This document shows, one piece after another, positions 1 through 11,311 of a stretch of DNA of 64,000 nt (position 1 is its first letter; each line of letters begins with the position of its first letter). The stretch spans positions 43,183 to 107,182 of the forward strand of contig JAKFYE010000022.1 in NCBI GenBank assembly GCA_021731045.1. The letters are read 5' to 3'. The position numbers and the translations under genes were made by a program. The DNA is from Bdellovibrionales bacterium (GTDB taxonomy: Bacteria; Bdellovibrionota; Bdellovibrionia; Bdellovibrionales; JAKFYE01). The notes beneath the pieces are model-generated. The model had not been told where the DNA came from, did no database searches, and was given only the letters and a program-made list of their open reading frames with translations.

Positions 1-1139
1 GAAATAAAAATATAATTAACGATATCCCCCAACTGAATGCGTTCGTTTTTGATGAACGTTTTCTAACTCAAATTACTTCCAACAAATTTCGCGCAAATCG
101 CATTCGGTACATACAAAAAAACCGTCAGATTAAACTTCTTTTACCTGCGGCCGCGGAGACCGACAAAGCCGTTATTCTTGGTAATTGGGGTTCCGAGTAT
201 ATTGGCGTCAAAACAGCTTGGAAGCGAACTTACGGAAGGGGAGTCGTCGTCGCTGTCAGCGATACGGGAATTGCGTCTAGTCATCCTGATTTTAAAGGTC
301 GCATGTGGCTCAACCCAGGCGAAAGCGGTCTCGATTCTAACGGTAAGAAAAAAACATCCAACAAAATTGATGACGATGGCAACGGCTATAAAGATGATGC
401 TTATGGTTGGGATTTTGGTGTTGGTATGAGTTCGACTCGGGATAATCTTTACCACGGAACGCACGTGGCGGGCACAATTGCCGCGTCTTTGAAAAGTCTA
501 ACTCCCGGAATCGCTCCCGAGGCGACTCTTATGTCTTCTGCATTTTTAGATGATACGGGGTCAGGAACAGAAGCTCATGGTGCTCAAACAATAATTTATG
601 CGACAGATAACGGCGCGAAAATTGTAAACTGTAGTTGGGGTGCTTATGGTGATAGTGCTTTAATTCTTGATGCAATTAAGTATGCGGGTAACAAAGGAGT
701 GCTTGTCGTGGGCGCTTCGGGTAACGATGCGATCAATACGGATACTAAACCGCATATTCCTTCAGCATATAATAATTTAGACAATGTGATTTCCGTGGCA
801 GCCATTCAATCTAAAAGTGGAGAGCCCGCGTGGTTTTCTAACTTTGGGTTTTTAACGGTGGATATGGCGGCTCCAGGACATTTGATCAAGAGCACGTTCA
901 ATCCGTACTATGGGGCTTCACGTTTGTACGACACACTTTCAGGTACCTCGATGGCCGCACCGCATGTGTCGGGTGTTGCGGCGCTCATAATAAGTTTGAA
1001 ACCGCGCCTGTCTCCGAAACAAGTCAAAGACATTATTTTAAGCTCGGTTCAAAAAACAGCCGATTGGACAGGCATAACTGTGTCGGGCGGAATGTTACGT
1101 GCCGACACAGCGGTCGAACAAGCCGCCGCACTTCCTTAG
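1..1139 (+). CDS. Subtilisin-like serine peptidase (S8 family), 5'-partial at the window edge
   Basis: Frame 3 is open from nt 3 to the stop at 1137-1139. Catalytic triad motifs are VAVSDTG (Asp codon 261-263), HGTHVAG (His 462-464) and SGTSMAAPHVSG (Ser 948-950). The ORF-track start (M at 303) lies downstream of the catalytic Asp, so the real start is upstream or off-window. Confidence 0.9.
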   Translation, partial: NKNIINDIPQLNAFVFDERFLTQITSNKFRANRIRYIQKNRQIKLLLPAAAETDKAVILGNWGSEYIGVKTAWKRTYGRGVVVAVSDTGIASSHPDFKGRMWLNPGESGLDSNGKKKTSNKIDDDGNGYKDDAYGWDFGVGMSSTRDNLYHGTHVAGTIAASLKSLTPGIAPEATLMSSAFLDDTGSGTEAHGAQTIIYATDNGAKIVNCSWGAYGDSALILDAIKYAGNKGVLVVGASGNDAINTDTKPHIPSAYNNLDNVISVAAIQSKSGEPAWFSNFGFLTVDMAAPGHLIKSTFNPYYGASRLYDTLSGTSMAAPHVSGVAALIISLKPRLSPKQVKDIILSSVQKTADWTGITVSGGMLRADTAVEQAAALP

Positions 1140-1141
1140 AC

Positions 1142-3034
1142 CTAGTCGTTATCGTTGAGTTGGAGAAGTACACGTTCGGCGAGTATACGATTAAAAGTCG
1201 GAAGGGCCGCAATCTCTTCGACGGTGGCTGTGCGGATGTCGTCGACGCTTTCGAAGCGTTTTAAAAGAGCGTGTTTACGTTTTTCGCCAAGACCCACAAC
1301 GTAATCAAGTTCGCTCTCTAAAGATGTCGATTCGCGAAGTTTGCGATGATAAGTAATCGCGAACCTATGGGCTTCATCACGAATACCAACTAAGATATGA
1401 TGGGCCTCAGAGTTATTGCGAAAAACGACGGGATTTTGTCGACCGGGTAAATAAAATCGCTCTTCTGTTTGATGTACCTCTTGATCTGTGAATTCACCTT
1501 TGACTCTTGATTTTGCAAGACCGACGACCGGAATGTCGGGAAAACCGAGTTCTTTTAAAACTTCAACGGCGATTCCGAGCTGTCCCTTGCCGCCATCAAC
1601 AACAATTAAGTTAGGCTCATCATACTCATCATGACCAAGCCTTCGCGTAATCACTTCGCGCATACTAGCAAAGTCATTAGCGCCTTCGACGGTTTTAATT
1701 TTATAACGTCGATAGTGTTCTTTTGCCGGCACACCGTCTTCAAAAACGACCTGACTCGCGACGCTTTCGGTACCTTGAAAGTTTGAAATATCAAAACATT
1801 CAATTCTTCGCGGTAACTGTGGTAATTTTAATTTTTCTTGAATCTCTTTAAGGCCGCGATCTTTAGCGTCTGATTTTGACACATGATCTTTAAAATGTTC
1901 TCGAGCATTGTCTTCGGCCATAGAAATTAATTTGGATCCAAAAGTATCAGTCGGAAAGCGCACGATAACCACGCGATCGGCTCTCTCTTTTAAGACGGCT
2001 TCTAAAAGTTTTCTCAGATCGTTACCGAGTTCCATCGGCACTAACACTTCATCAGGAATAATATTGTCTTCATAATATTGGTTTAAAAATGAGACAAGAT
2101 TGTCGCGTTCGTCGAGCCGCTCCATTTCGGTTGCCAAATCTGAAGTGTCTTTGCTGAGAATTTGGAACTGGGGTAGGAAGTGCGCCCGTGAACCGATGAC
2201 GCGTCCTGATCGAATATGCAGCGTTTCGACCGTTGCGCCACGTTCATCACCATGAAAGCTAATGGCGTCTTGGTCTTTTTCTAAGTTTTCGTTGATCACA
2301 TTTTGTTTTTCTAAAATGTGATCTATGGCCCGAATGCTATTTCGAAGTGTCGCCGCAGTTTCAAATTGCTCATCGCTTGCGGCTTTTTTCATTCGTTTTT
2401 CAAGATCTTTAGAAAGAGTTTTTGTTTTTCCTTTTAAGAACCGTATAACCGATTGCACACTCTTAGCGTAATCTTCGCGTGTAATCAATTTTACACAAGG
2501 AGCGCTACAACGTCCGATTTGATGGGTCATGCATGGTCGCTTTCGCGATTTCATAAAGGCGTCCGTACAATCTCGAATCAAAAAAGCACGATTTAGAAAG
2601 CGAATTGTTTCACGCACTGTCAGGCCGCTTGAAAACGGACCGTAATACAAGCTGCCATCTTTTTTGACTTTACGAGCTAAATACAATCTCGGAAAGTCAT
2701 CGGCCAAGCTCAATTTTATATAAGGATATGATTTGTCATCTTTGAGTCGAATATTATATTTAGGTCTATGTTTTTTTATAAGCGAAGCTTCGAGTAAAAA
2801 AGCTTCGACCTCGGTTTTCGTAATCAAGTACTCGACCGTTTCAATATTGGTAACTAAAAATCGAGTTTTAGGACTTATATCTTTAGAGTCTTGAAAGTAG
2901 CTGCGCACACGATGGCGAAGTTGTTTTGCCTTACCAACATAAATAATCTTGCCGACCTTATTTTTCATAAGGTACACGCCTGGCTCTAGCGGAAACCCTT
3001 TGATTAAATTTTTAAGTTCGTCCAAGCTGCGCAT
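1142..3034 (-). CDS. uvrC: Excinuclease ABC subunit C (UvrC)
   Basis: 630 aa with an N-terminal GIY-YIG motif (GVYLMKNKVGKIIYVGKAKQLRHRVRSYF). Length and C-terminal HhH-like tail are typical of UvrC. Confidence 0.95.
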   Translation of the reverse strand: MRSLDELKNLIKGFPLEPGVYLMKNKVGKIIYVGKAKQLRHRVRSYFQDSKDISPKTRFLVTNIETVEYLITKTEVEAFLLEASLIKKHRPKYNIRLKDDKSYPYIKLSLADDFPRLYLARKVKKDGSLYYGPFSSGLTVRETIRFLNRAFLIRDCTDAFMKSRKRPCMTHQIGRCSAPCVKLITREDYAKSVQSVIRFLKGKTKTLSKDLEKRMKKAASDEQFETAATLRNSIRAIDHILEKQNVINENLEKDQDAISFHGDERGATVETLHIRSGRVIGSRAHFLPQFQILSKDTSDLATEMERLDERDNLVSFLNQYYEDNIIPDEVLVPMELGNDLRKLLEAVLKERADRVVIVRFPTDTFGSKLISMAEDNAREHFKDHVSKSDAKDRGLKEIQEKLKLPQLPRRIECFDISNFQGTESVASQVVFEDGVPAKEHYRRYKIKTVEGANDFASMREVITRRLGHDEYDEPNLIVVDGGKGQLGIAVEVLKELGFPDIPVVGLAKSRVKGEFTDQEVHQTEERFYLPGRQNPVVFRNNSEAHHILVGIRDEAHRFAITYHRKLRESTSLESELDYVVGLGEKRKHALLKRFESVDDIRTATVEEIAALPTFNRILAERVLLQLNDND

Positions 3035-3084
3035 GAGCGTAAGAATAGCGTATCTTGGTTACAGTTGCCACCCTTGTCGTAATT

Positions 3085-3128
3085 CCAATTCCATTAAATA
3101 ATTCCCTAACTTTGCTGAATGGAATTGG
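3085..3128. repeat. Perfect 11-bp inverted repeat (ccaattccatt / aatggaattgg) with a 22-nt spacer, in the uvrC divergent intergenic region
   Basis: Read directly: left arm 3085-3095, right arm 3118-3128. It could be an operator or an RNA stem-loop; function unknown. Confidence 0.6.
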
Positions 3129-3288
3129 TATATGATTTGGTTTTGTGCATTTTAAGCGGCGCAATTATAAAAACTATCGTCTTAGTCCCGACACCGCCTA
3201 AATTAAAAGGTTTAAATCATCGCTGGAGTGCGCTAGGATGCGCTCCAAGCCTCACGTTACCTAAAAGAAACCTATGAAGGAGAAATCT

Positions 3289-4011
3289 ATGAATCGCGCT
3301 TATATATACGTATGTCTGTTGTTAATGAGCTTAATTTCAGCATCTTCTTTTGCAGACGAAGTCTTTTATCAAACAGGCGACACTTTAACAGGCGAAATAC
3401 AGAATATTTCTGATAAAAAGTTACTTTATAACTATACGCGTGTTGTTGAGCATCAAGGGACAGATAAAAATCTTGTGACTCGCGCCTATGTGTATCCTGA
3501 CGGCAAGCCCGCTGTTACGGAGACCATGCTTTATACCGGCGGCCGTGTCACAAAAATGATGTGGCAACAATTTCAGGTTAACGAAGAAGGCCAATTCGAA
3601 ATAAAAAACGGAAAAGTGTACTTTACGTACAAAAAAGATGGCGTGGTCGAGCAAAGCAATCAGCCATTAGATGACGATTTTGTATCGCAAGATGAACTAC
3701 TCGAGTTTATTTACAAAAATTGGGCGACTTTGATGTCAGGCAAAAACGTGAAGTTTCATTTGCCGGTCATTTATCGACAAGAAACCATCGGATTTAAACT
3801 TTCTAAATTAGAAGAAACTAGTGAAGGCATTAAAATTTCTATGAAACCTTCAAGTTTTTTTGTCGCCGCGGCTTTTGGCAAACCCATTGTATTTACATTA
3901 AAAAAAGATGGCGACCATCGCGTACTCTCGGTTGAAGGGCGTGTGTCACCGAAGATTCAAGAGAATAAAGTTTGGAAAGATTTGAACGCACTTTTGTTAA
4001 TTAACTATTAA
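3289..4011 (+). CDS. Hypothetical secreted protein
   Basis: The second in-frame ATG (3289) has AGGAG about 6 nt upstream. It gives a classic signal peptide (MNRAYIYVCLLLMSLISASSFA/DE). No family recognised. Confidence 0.6.
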   Translation: MNRAYIYVCLLLMSLISASSFADEVFYQTGDTLTGEIQNISDKKLLYNYTRVVEHQGTDKNLVTRAYVYPDGKPAVTETMLYTGGRVTKMMWQQFQVNEEGQFEIKNGKVYFTYKKDGVVEQSNQPLDDDFVSQDELLEFIYKNWATLMSGKNVKFHLPVIYRQETIGFKLSKLEETSEGIKISMKPSSFFVAAAFGKPIVFTLKKDGDHRVLSVEGRVSPKIQENKVWKDLNALLLINY

Positions 4012-4029
4012 AAGTTATGAGAACATTAT

Positions 4030-4053
4030 CAGAACGTTTTTTTAAACGTTCTG
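4030..4053. terminator. Perfect 10-bp stem / 4-nt loop hairpin between convergent genes (possible bidirectional terminator)
   Basis: cagaacgttt (4030-4039), loop tttt, aaacgttctg (4044-4053). It lies between the stop at 4011 (+) and the stop at 4059 (-). There is no long flanking U-tract outside the loop. Confidence 0.5.
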
Positions 4054-4058
4054 AGTTC

Positions 4059-4256
4059 TTACTGAAGAATAAATGAATTTTCTTTTGTTTTAATTCCGCA
4101 GGCAGGGCAGCAACCTTTTTCTACAACTTGTAATGCAAGAAAATCAGTTTCATGTTTAAAAACTAATTTGCCACCGCAAACGCAGCACGTAGTCAATGCT
4201 TCGATAATGTCTTCATTAGGTCTTGGCACTGTCGGAAAACCTCTTTGTAAATCCAT
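4059..4256 (-). CDS. Small zinc-ribbon-like protein (65 aa), function unknown
   Basis: The ATG at 4256 is preceded by AGGAGG (the ORF-track start at 4277 has no RBS). Cys pattern is CCVCGG...(24 aa)...CCPACG. Confidence 0.5.
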   Translation of the reverse strand: MDLQRGFPTVPRPNEDIIEALTTCCVCGGKLVFKHETDFLALQVVEKGCCPACGIKTKENSFILQ

Positions 4257-4474
4257 CTTTCCTCCTGAAAGCTGCATGACATTTCTTGTCGGGCTTACTT
4301 AACTCTTCGGCTAAAAGTGATTCATCTTGAGACAGACTTTGTAAAATAAGACTTAAGCCAGGATCTCAAATGCAATTTATGTGAGAAAAAGGTCTGCGCT
4401 TTGTGCGTTATAGTTTGCTACGAATACAAAAGACGGCCTAGATTTAAGGCTAGGATTTTTTAAGTGGGGGATCT

Positions 4475-5023
4475 TTGTCGGAATTGCATGTGCTACGAAC
4501 TTACCTTCAAGATGTTTTAGGAATTAAGTCGTTCTTAAGCGCCATGAGTGACTCTGAGAGTCCGCAGCTGTTGGAGAGAGAGGCTGAGACGCGTGAGCAG
4601 CTTAGTACTTATCGTTTTGTAGGGCAATCCTCGGCACGCATCTTGTTTCTCAGGGAAGCAACGGATGTTTCTGTTTTTGAAGGAGACCTTGAAGGTTTGT
4701 ATAAAAAGATTCTACAAAGTTTAAATCGTCCACCACATGAATTAGCCACCCTTGAATGGACGAGTGATCTTGAAGCCGTCCTGACTCACATTGAATCTCT
4801 GCAACCACAGATTCTTTTTGCTTTAGGCCCTGCAGCGATTCGTTTTGTTGACCAATTTATGAGTCCAGCCGCCAATGCAACAGTCGGAGCCAGCACATCA
4901 CATTTTAAAAATGCCATAGTGATCAAGTCAATTGATCCGGCCGACATAAAGCAAAATGAAGATTTAAAGCGCGTACTTTGGAATGATTTAAAAATCGTCA
5001 TGAAGCATTTGGACGTTGTGTGA
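4475..5023 (+). CDS. Hypothetical protein with a degenerate uracil-DNA-glycosylase-like layout
   Basis: 182 aa with a TTG start. The order of segments (ILFLREAT..., QILFALGPAAIRF, SIDPADIKQ...K...W.DL) resembles family-4 UDG-superfamily proteins. A GEAPG-type catalytic motif and the Fe-S cysteines are not present. Confidence 0.35.
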   Translation: MSELHVLRTYLQDVLGIKSFLSAMSDSESPQLLEREAETREQLSTYRFVGQSSARILFLREATDVSVFEGDLEGLYKKILQSLNRPPHELATLEWTSDLEAVLTHIESLQPQILFALGPAAIRFVDQFMSPAANATVGASTSHFKNAIVIKSIDPADIKQNEDLKRVLWNDLKIVMKHLDVV

Positions 5024-5964
5024 TTATTCGACTTTGCGTGGTTCTGGCTTTTGTTATTCAAGCTCAGGCCGCGACGCCCGTGGATCTAACTCTTCCCGAT
5101 TCGGAGCTAACTCCGCTTGTGCGCGTTCGAGTTAAAAATAAAATTTTAAAAGTGCCTTTAGAATCGTATTTAATGGGGGTGTTGCCCTCCGAAATGTCTT
5201 TATCGTGGCCGCTAGAAGCCTTGAAAGCTCAAGCCGTTGCGGCACGATCTTTTGTTTTATCGCAAATGCAACGTCGTCAATCTTCTAATTTCGATGTGGA
5301 GTCCACGCATTTAGACCAGGTTTTTCGAGTGGAACATTTAAACTACGCGGGCCCTTATCGTAAAAAATTATTACAAGTTTTGCAGGAGACAAAGGGCGAA
5401 GTATTACTTGAGCCTCAAAAAAACGTTTCAGCATCCCAGATTCAGAAGACGTATTTTCATTCGGATTGTGGAGGCTCAACTGAAACTTCATTTTATGTTT
5501 GGAGAACACAGGAGCCGCTCTTGCAAGTTCAAGATAGTTCGTGCCCGGTCTCGCAACATTCAAAATGGGAAATAAAATTTTCTTTAAAAACTTTAGAAGA
5601 GAAATTAAACCTACCCGGTATTAAGTCTCTACAGGTGACGACCAAAACACCATCTGGACGAAATGGAACTATTCTCGTGCTTTTAAATAATGGCGACAAG
5701 GAGCTTTTTTTAGCTGATACGTTTCGTAAACGTTTAGGATTTAATAAAGTTAAGAGTACGTACTTCGATTTAGCGTTACAAAACGGAGATTATGTTTTTA
5801 GCGGTAGAGGGCACGGGCATGGGGTTGGGATGTGTCAATGGGGCGCGCGCGTCTTAGCGCAACAGGGACTTGAGTATAAGAAAATTCTTACGCATTACTT
5901 TCCACTTTCGCGTCTTGAGAATATTAAAAATATCGAACGTCCACTTTATGCCGGAAAACTTTAA
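5020..5964 (+). CDS. SpoIID/LytB domain protein (peptidoglycan-remodelling)
   Basis: The GTG start overlaps the upstream stop (GTGA). It has an N-terminal signal peptide and the motifs YFHSDCGGSTE and GRGHGHGVGMCQWGA. Confidence 0.85.
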   Translation: MIIRLCVVLAFVIQAQAATPVDLTLPDSELTPLVRVRVKNKILKVPLESYLMGVLPSEMSLSWPLEALKAQAVAARSFVLSQMQRRQSSNFDVESTHLDQVFRVEHLNYAGPYRKKLLQVLQETKGEVLLEPQKNVSASQIQKTYFHSDCGGSTETSFYVWRTQEPLLQVQDSSCPVSQHSKWEIKFSLKTLEEKLNLPGIKSLQVTTKTPSGRNGTILVLLNNGDKELFLADTFRKRLGFNKVKSTYFDLALQNGDYVFSGRGHGHGVGMCQWGARVLAQQGLEYKKILTHYFPLSRLENIKNIERPLYAGKL

Positions 5965-6033
5965 GCTGACCCTCTTGTCCGCTTTTGCAAAGACTCTTGA
6001 CGAACTCACTTAAGATTGTCACAAATGCCCCAC

Positions 6034-8192
<2,159 letters not shown>

Positions 8193-8210
8193 AGACATAA
8201 TCATTTGAGT

Positions 8211-8236
8211 CATAAGGTTTGCCTTATGGTTTTCTT
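8211..8236 (+). terminator. Putative (partial) intrinsic terminator after tgt
   Basis: cataagg (8211-8217), loop tttg, ccttatg (8222-8228), followed by gttttctt. Confidence 0.45.
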
Positions 8237-8327
8237 AAAGATGTTCAATGACTTAAGTCAGACCTTTGATGTTGATTCTTCTAATAATTAATGATGTTTT
8301 AAACGTTTGAATCTCTAGGAGGATTTT

Positions 8328-8642
8328 ATGTTGTGGTCAGTCGCTTATGCACAAACCGCTGCCGGTGCTAAACAACCGTCAATGCTTGAGTCTTTATTTC
8401 CGATGATTTTAATCTTCGTTGTCTTTTATTTTCTTATTATTCTTCCGCAAAGAAAAGCAAGAAAGAAGCAGCAAGAGTTTCTCACCGCGCTTAAACGTGG
8501 CGATCAGGTCATCACGACGGGTGGTATTTTAGGAAAGGTCGAAGGCCTGACAGAGCAATTTGTCACTTTAGAAATCGCTAACGATGTCAGAATCAAAATC
8601 TTGAAAACCCAAATAGCTGGTCAGCCGAAGGAGCAAGCGTAA
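8328..8642 (+). CDS. yajC: Preprotein translocase subunit YajC
   Basis: 104 aa with RBS AGGAGG upstream. A single TM is followed by QRKARKKQQEFLTALKRGDQVITTGGILGKV. Confidence 0.9.
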   Translation: MLWSVAYAQTAAGAKQPSMLESLFPMILIFVVFYFLIILPQRKARKKQQEFLTALKRGDQVITTGGILGKVEGLTEQFVTLEIANDVRIKILKTQIAGQPKEQA

Positions 8643-10339
8643 TGGTATCTAAAGGGCTGAAATGGAAAATTTCGCTGATTGTTTTTAGCATTCTTCTCGC
8701 CGTTGTTTATCTTTTGCCAAATTTTGTTGATACGAGCGGTAAGTGGTGGGCGCCAAAGCACAAAATTAAATACGGATTAGATATTCAGGGTGGTCTGCAT
8801 CTTGTGATGGGTGTGGATGTTAACGGTGTCATTCATGAAAAACTAGAAAGAGCCGGCGAGACGATTAAACAAGATGTAACAAAAGAAAACATCGCGCTGA
8901 CAGGTTACAAAGTTCAAAAATTAAACGACATCGAGCAGCTCACTTTAAATTTTGCTTCTGCGGCTGATCTTCCAAAAGCCGCAGAGATCGTGAAGAAGAA
9001 CTTTTATTATATGCAAGAGACCGAACGCACCGACACTTCGGTGACCTATAAGCTTTTGGATTCGTACGTCTTTGAAACTAAAAAAGCAACGATTGAACAG
9101 GCAATTGAAACAATTCGGAATCGTATTGATGAGTTCGGGGTTTCAGAGCCGAGCATCACCGCTCAAGGGGATAATCGTATTTTGGTTCAGCTTCCAGGCT
9201 TGCAAGAAGCAACAAAAGCAAAAGACTTGATCAATCGCACGGCACGTTTGGATTTTATGATCGTCAGCGAAAAATTTCCAATCGATGAGATTCAAAAATG
9301 GGTGAGCGATGCAGAGAAGGCCGGCAATTATTCTATTAAGGATATGAAGTATTCCGATTATGCAAAACGCATTAACGAAGATTTGAAAGGTAAACTTCCG
9401 GATCAATCAAAGATTCTCTTTCAGAAATCTGAGAACACCGACAAAATGGAAACCGGAAAAATTCCTTATCTTCTTGAAACCAATGCGGGTCTTGGTGGAG
9501 ATGCCATTAAAGATGCATTTGTCACTACGGGTGAATATAACGAGCCTGAAGTGGCGTTGCATTTTAGCGCCGATGGTGCCCGTCGTTTTGGTGATTTAAC
9601 GGGTGCGAATGTGAATCGTAGTATGGCCATTGTTTTAGATGACGTTGTCTATTCGGCACCTAATATTAAGCAGAAAATTGGAGGCGGTCAGGCGCGGATC
9701 ACGCTTGGAAGTGGTCGCGATTATAATGGAATTTTGAGCGAAGCAAAAATGATCTCGATGGCCCTTCGTGCGGGTGCACTTCCGGCCAAACTTGAACAGC
9801 TAGAAGAGCGAACCGTTGGTCCGTCACTCGGGGCAGACTCCATTCATAAAGGTCAGATTGGTGCTATTGTCGGTGCGCTCCTCGTGTGTGTATTCATGTT
9901 ATTTTGGTATAAGTTGTTTGGACTCATTGCGAATTTTGCAATCATGTTGAATATTTTATTTCTTTACGCGGTTCTTTCCGCACTAGAAGCAACGCTGACC
10001 TTACCTGGTATTGCAGGTATCGCGCTGACCATTGGTATGGCGGTAGATGCGAACGTGATTATTAACGAGCGCATTCGCGATGAACTGAAGCGTGGTGTGA
10101 CAATGTTTGTTGCAATTAAGGAAGGGTATGCGAAAGCGTTCTCGGCCATTTTTGATTCTAACGTTACAACGGCGGCTACGAGCATCATTCTTATGTACTT
10201 TGGAACGGGGCCTGTGCGCGGATTTGCCGTAACACTGCTTATTGGTATTGTAATGACGATGTTCTGCAACGTGTTCATCACCCATGTTATTTTTGATGTT
10301 CTCGCTGGAAAATTTAAAATCAAGAAACTCGCGTTGTAA
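8642..10339 (+). CDS. secD: Protein translocase subunit SecD
   Basis: 565 aa with a TAATG overlap with yajC. It has a large periplasmic domain plus a C-terminal 6-TM SecD/F core (LPGIAGIALTIGMAVDANVIINERIRDE). Confidence 0.93.
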   Translation: MVSKGLKWKISLIVFSILLAVVYLLPNFVDTSGKWWAPKHKIKYGLDIQGGLHLVMGVDVNGVIHEKLERAGETIKQDVTKENIALTGYKVQKLNDIEQLTLNFASAADLPKAAEIVKKNFYYMQETERTDTSVTYKLLDSYVFETKKATIEQAIETIRNRIDEFGVSEPSITAQGDNRILVQLPGLQEATKAKDLINRTARLDFMIVSEKFPIDEIQKWVSDAEKAGNYSIKDMKYSDYAKRINEDLKGKLPDQSKILFQKSENTDKMETGKIPYLLETNAGLGGDAIKDAFVTTGEYNEPEVALHFSADGARRFGDLTGANVNRSMAIVLDDVVYSAPNIKQKIGGGQARITLGSGRDYNGILSEAKMISMALRAGALPAKLEQLEERTVGPSLGADSIHKGQIGAIVGALLVCVFMLFWYKLFGLIANFAIMLNILFLYAVLSALEATLTLPGIAGIALTIGMAVDANVIINERIRDELKRGVTMFVAIKEGYAKAFSAIFDSNVTTAATSIILMYFGTGPVRGFAVTLLIGIVMTMFCNVFITHVIFDVLAGKFKIKKLAL

Positions 10340-10348
10340 GAGGGAATT

Positions 10349-11311
10349 ATGAATACAAATAAAACGACTAAAGGTTTTGATCAGGGAAAATACAATTTTG
10401 TCGGCCAAATCGGAAAGATGTTTTGGTTTTCAAATATAATTACAATTCTTAGCTTAGTTGCGATTTTTGGCAAAGGCTTGAACTACGGAATTGATTTTAA
10501 AGGTGGAACCGAAGTTCAAATTAAGTTTAAAGAAAAATTAGATGACGACGATGCAACTCTAAGAAAATTTTTAACCGAACAAGGATTAGAGCACGCCCAA
10601 CTACAACGTTTTGGTACGGACAACGAATATTTGATTCGTTTTGAGCCTGTGCACGGTAAGGCTGATGCAGATGTCAACGCGCTTCAAAAGGAACGCGTGC
10701 AAAAAATTACAACAGGCCTCGCGACCTCATTCCCGACTCAAGGGCCAGAGATTCGTCGCGTGGACTCTGTCGGTCCACAAGTGGGCGACATGTTGAAGCG
10801 CAATGGAATACTCGCATTGTTTTACAGTCTCGTGATGATTCTCATCTACATTGGTCTTCGCTTCGACTACGAGTTCGCTCCGGGTGCGGTGGTGTGTCTC
10901 TTTCACGATGTGGTGATCGTCGTCGGAGTGTTTGCTATAATGGGCAAAGAGGTTAACGCAGCCATTTTAGCGGCCGTTTTAACTATTATAGGTTATGATA
11001 TTAATGACACGATTATTATTTACGATCGTATACGGGAAAACATGAAGCTCTTTAAAGGCGTACCACTTTCGCAAGTGATCAATCGTTCAATCAACGACAC
11101 TTTACATCGATCTATTCTAACCCACACGACGACAATGCTTTCGTGCTTAGCTTTGATCTTTATTTCGGGTGGAGTGATCGCGGACTTTGCTTTTGCGTTC
11201 GCACTTGGGATTATTTTTGGAACGTATTCTTCGATTTATGTAGCCGCTCCGCTAGTTCTGTATTTAGAGAATTTTAAATTTACTAAAAAACCTAAGGCTG
11301 TAACGGCGTAA
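10349..11311 (+). CDS. secF: Protein translocase subunit SecF
   Basis: 320 aa with motifs GIDFKGGT and YDINDTIIIYDRIREN. It immediately follows secD. Confidence 0.93.
   Translation: MNTNKTTKGFDQGKYNFVGQIGKMFWFSNIITILSLVAIFGKGLNYGIDFKGGTEVQIKFKEKLDDDDATLRKFLTEQGLEHAQLQRFGTDNEYLIRFEPVHGKADADVNALQKERVQKITTGLATSFPTQGPEIRRVDSVGPQVGDMLKRNGILALFYSLVMILIYIGLRFDYEFAPGAVVCLFHDVVIVVGVFAIMGKEVNAAILAAVLTIIGYDINDTIIIYDRIRENMKLFKGVPLSQVINRSINDTLHRSILTHTTTMLSCLALIFISGGVIADFAFAFALGIIFGTYSSIYVAAPLVLYLENFKFTKKPKAVTA

Noticed and set aside
141-464. ORFs 141-464 (minus) and 178-429 (plus) at the left edge.
   Set aside because: Both overlap the open S8 peptidase frame, which carries the catalytic Asp motif in this interval. 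They are shadow ORFs.
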